Below are positions 61,968 through 64,000 of a DNA stretch of 64,000 bases, in pieces. The number at the start of each line of letters is the position of its first letter. Position 1 is the first letter of the stretch. Both the position numbers and the translations under genes were made by a program. The stretch covers positions 163,186,001 to 163,250,000 of the forward strand of contig CM059425.1 of the NCBI GenBank assembly GCA_030390025.1, written 5' to 3'. The notes under the pieces were generated by a model. The model had not been told where the DNA came from and made no database searches. It saw nothing but the letters and a program-made list of their open reading frames with translations. Origin of the DNA: Squalus acanthias. Taxonomy: Eukaryota.

Positions 61968-62697
61968 GGTCCATAATTTGCAGCCAGCGGCAAAGCAAAG
62001 GCATTCGCCTCTGGCCCCGAAGTAAGATTCCCACAAAGATCTCGCATTCTGACGTGCAATTGAAATCAATGCAAGTTAATGGGGAATCCCTAATGCGAGC
62101 TGCTGTGACGTCAACAAGCTTTCTAAGCAGCCAATCAAAATCCAGAATTCTCTCAGACAGCAAACTAGGAAATGAGTAAGCTCCTTCGATTCTAACTTTT
62201 TAAAAATGTTAGAGAACAAAACAAGATTGGGGCTCTCACATGGTGAAAAAGCAAACCTGGAATAAAGATGAATAAACTTTTTTTTAATTTAAAAAAAAAT
62301 TTAAGTTTCTTAAATTGTAATTTTTATTAAAATGGATAAATTTGACACTCCACAAAATTAAAATTAGTTTTTCAGGGCCATGACCTCTGTTTAGTAGTCA
62401 GTTACACCAAATCCAAAAGGGTCTAACTTTTAATGGGGTATTTAACAGCGGTATTACCGCAGCAGAGGCGAAGTTTTCATATGTTTCCCTGATTTGACAA
62501 ATTACACTGATTGCTGGCTGTGGCAGGGGAGGGGCACAGCACATTCAGTGTTGGAGCAGTGAATGACTGACTACAACTTCAGGATTTCCGCGTTATGATG
62601 CGCATGTGCTACATCCTGAAGTTGTGGTCAGCTTCAAAGGGGTAGTGACAGCGAACGCTGTTCGTTCGCTGTTATTACCCACCGCAAATTCCGGGCC
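61968..62697. mobile_element. Harbinger-type MITE
   Basis: TIRs GGTCCATAATTTGC / GCAAATTCCGGGCC; AAT TSD. Confidence 0.75.
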
Positions 62698-62845
62698 AAT
62701 ATCTTTAAATATCTAAAGCAACGCTAATTAAATAGCACATTCATTTATTATAGCAGTGATTCTGCCTTTTCACACTCCCAGCACTTTTAAGACACGTGGA
62801 TTGGAGAATCAAGGCCACAGTGTTGTATCCCTGTGTTGTATCGGA

Positions 62846-64000
62846 TGGGATAGTTTTTGCACAGTGTGTGCAGGAGGGTTTCCTGACACAATATGTGGAT
62901 AGGCCGACAAGAGGTGGGGCCACGTTGGATTTGGTACTGGGTAATGAACCGGGCCAAGTGTTTGATTTGTATGTGGGAGAGCACTTTGGAGATAGTGACC
63001 ACAATTCGGTAACTTTCACTATTGCAATGGAGAGGGATAGGGCCATACGGCAGGGCAGGGTTTATAATTGGGGGAGGGGTAATTATGATGCGATTAGGCA
63101 AGAATTAGGGAGTATAAGATGGGAACAGAAACTATCAGGGAAAGGCACAAACGAAAAGTGGAGCTTTTTCATGGAGCAATTACTGCGTGTCCTTGATAGG
63201 TATGTCCCTGTCAGGCAGGGAGGAAATGGCCGAGTGAGAGAACCATGGTTCACAAAAGAGGTTGAATGTCTAGTCAAGAGGAAAAAGGAAGCGTATGTAA
63301 GGATGAGAAAACAAGGTTCAGTTGGGTCGATTGAGGGGTACAAGGTAGCAAGGAATGAGCTAAAAAAAAGAGCTTAGGAGAGCTAGGAGGGGGCATGAGA
63401 AGTCCTTGGCGGGTCGGATCAAGAAAAACCCCAAGGCTTTTTACTCTTGTGTGAGAAATAAAAGAATGACCAGGGTGAGGGTAGGGCCGGTCAAGGACAG
63501 TAGTGGGAACTTGTGCATGGAGTCAGAAGAGATAGGAGAGGTGATGAATGAATACTTTTCGTCAGTGTTCACCGAGGAGAGGGGCCATGTTCTTGAGGAT
63601 GAGAGTGTGATAAAGGTGGATAGGCTGGAGGTGGTAGATGTTCTGAGGGAAGATGTTTTAGCAATTTTGAAGAACCTGAGGGTCGATAAGTCCCCTGGGC
63701 CAGATGGGATATATCCTAGGATTCTTTGGGAGGCAAGGGAGGAGATTGCAGAGCCTCTGGCTTTGATCTTTGGGTCCTCACTGTCCACGGGGATGGTGCC
63801 AGAGGACTGGAGAGTGGCGAATGTTGTTCCTCTCTTCAAGAAAGGAAATAGGAATGACCCTGGTAATTATAGGCCGGTTAGTCTTACTTCGGTGGTTGGT
63901 AAGATAATGGAAAAGGTCCTGAGGGATAGGATTTATGACCATTTGGAAAGGGGCAACTTAATCAGGGATAGTCAACACGGATTCGTGAAGGGTAAGTCTT
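62846..64000 (+). mobile_element. CR1 LINE ORF2, runs off the window end
   Basis: FAQCVQEGFLTQYVDRPTRGGATLDLVL...GDSDH, KSPGPDGIYPR, NYRPVSLTSVV and SQHGF. Confidence 0.9.

Noticed and set aside
525..63839. Most six-frame ORFs as host genes
   Set aside because: They are antisense or off-frame readings of TEs or GC-rich MITEs; only the six ARSK exons have coherent splice sites, phases and protein identity.

Overview
Eukaryotic, repeat-rich vertebrate DNA, most likely a cartilaginous fish (HE1-type V-SINE, Deu-domain SINE, abundant CR1/L2). The window lies inside one gene, arylsulfatase K (ARSK, + strand). Six internal coding exons with GT-AG sites and matching phases are present (130, 160, 283, 172, 225 and 222 nt); the first and last exons were not found. 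The introns are filled with transposons: CR1, L2, RTE and Vingi/Ingi-like LINEs; SINEs; two full-length but decayed two-gene PIF/Harbinger transposons plus many Harbinger MITEs (TTA or AWT target-site duplications, TSDs); pogo/Tigger-like MITEs; and Penelope-like elements (PLEs) of two families that carry minimal type-I hammerhead ribozymes. The most notable structures are: (i) a short non-coding fold-back element made of two back-to-back hammerheads around an AACGTT axis, with a second copy showing the same axis, suggesting a replicating palindromic ribozyme element; (ii) a palindrome of at least 525 bp with no spacer at the window start; (iii) an RTE LINE with twin-priming-like 5' inversion geometry; (iv) a deeply nested TE stack at 20-27.5 kb. 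All calls come from reading the sequence by eye; no database searches were run, and boundaries of old repeats are approximate.
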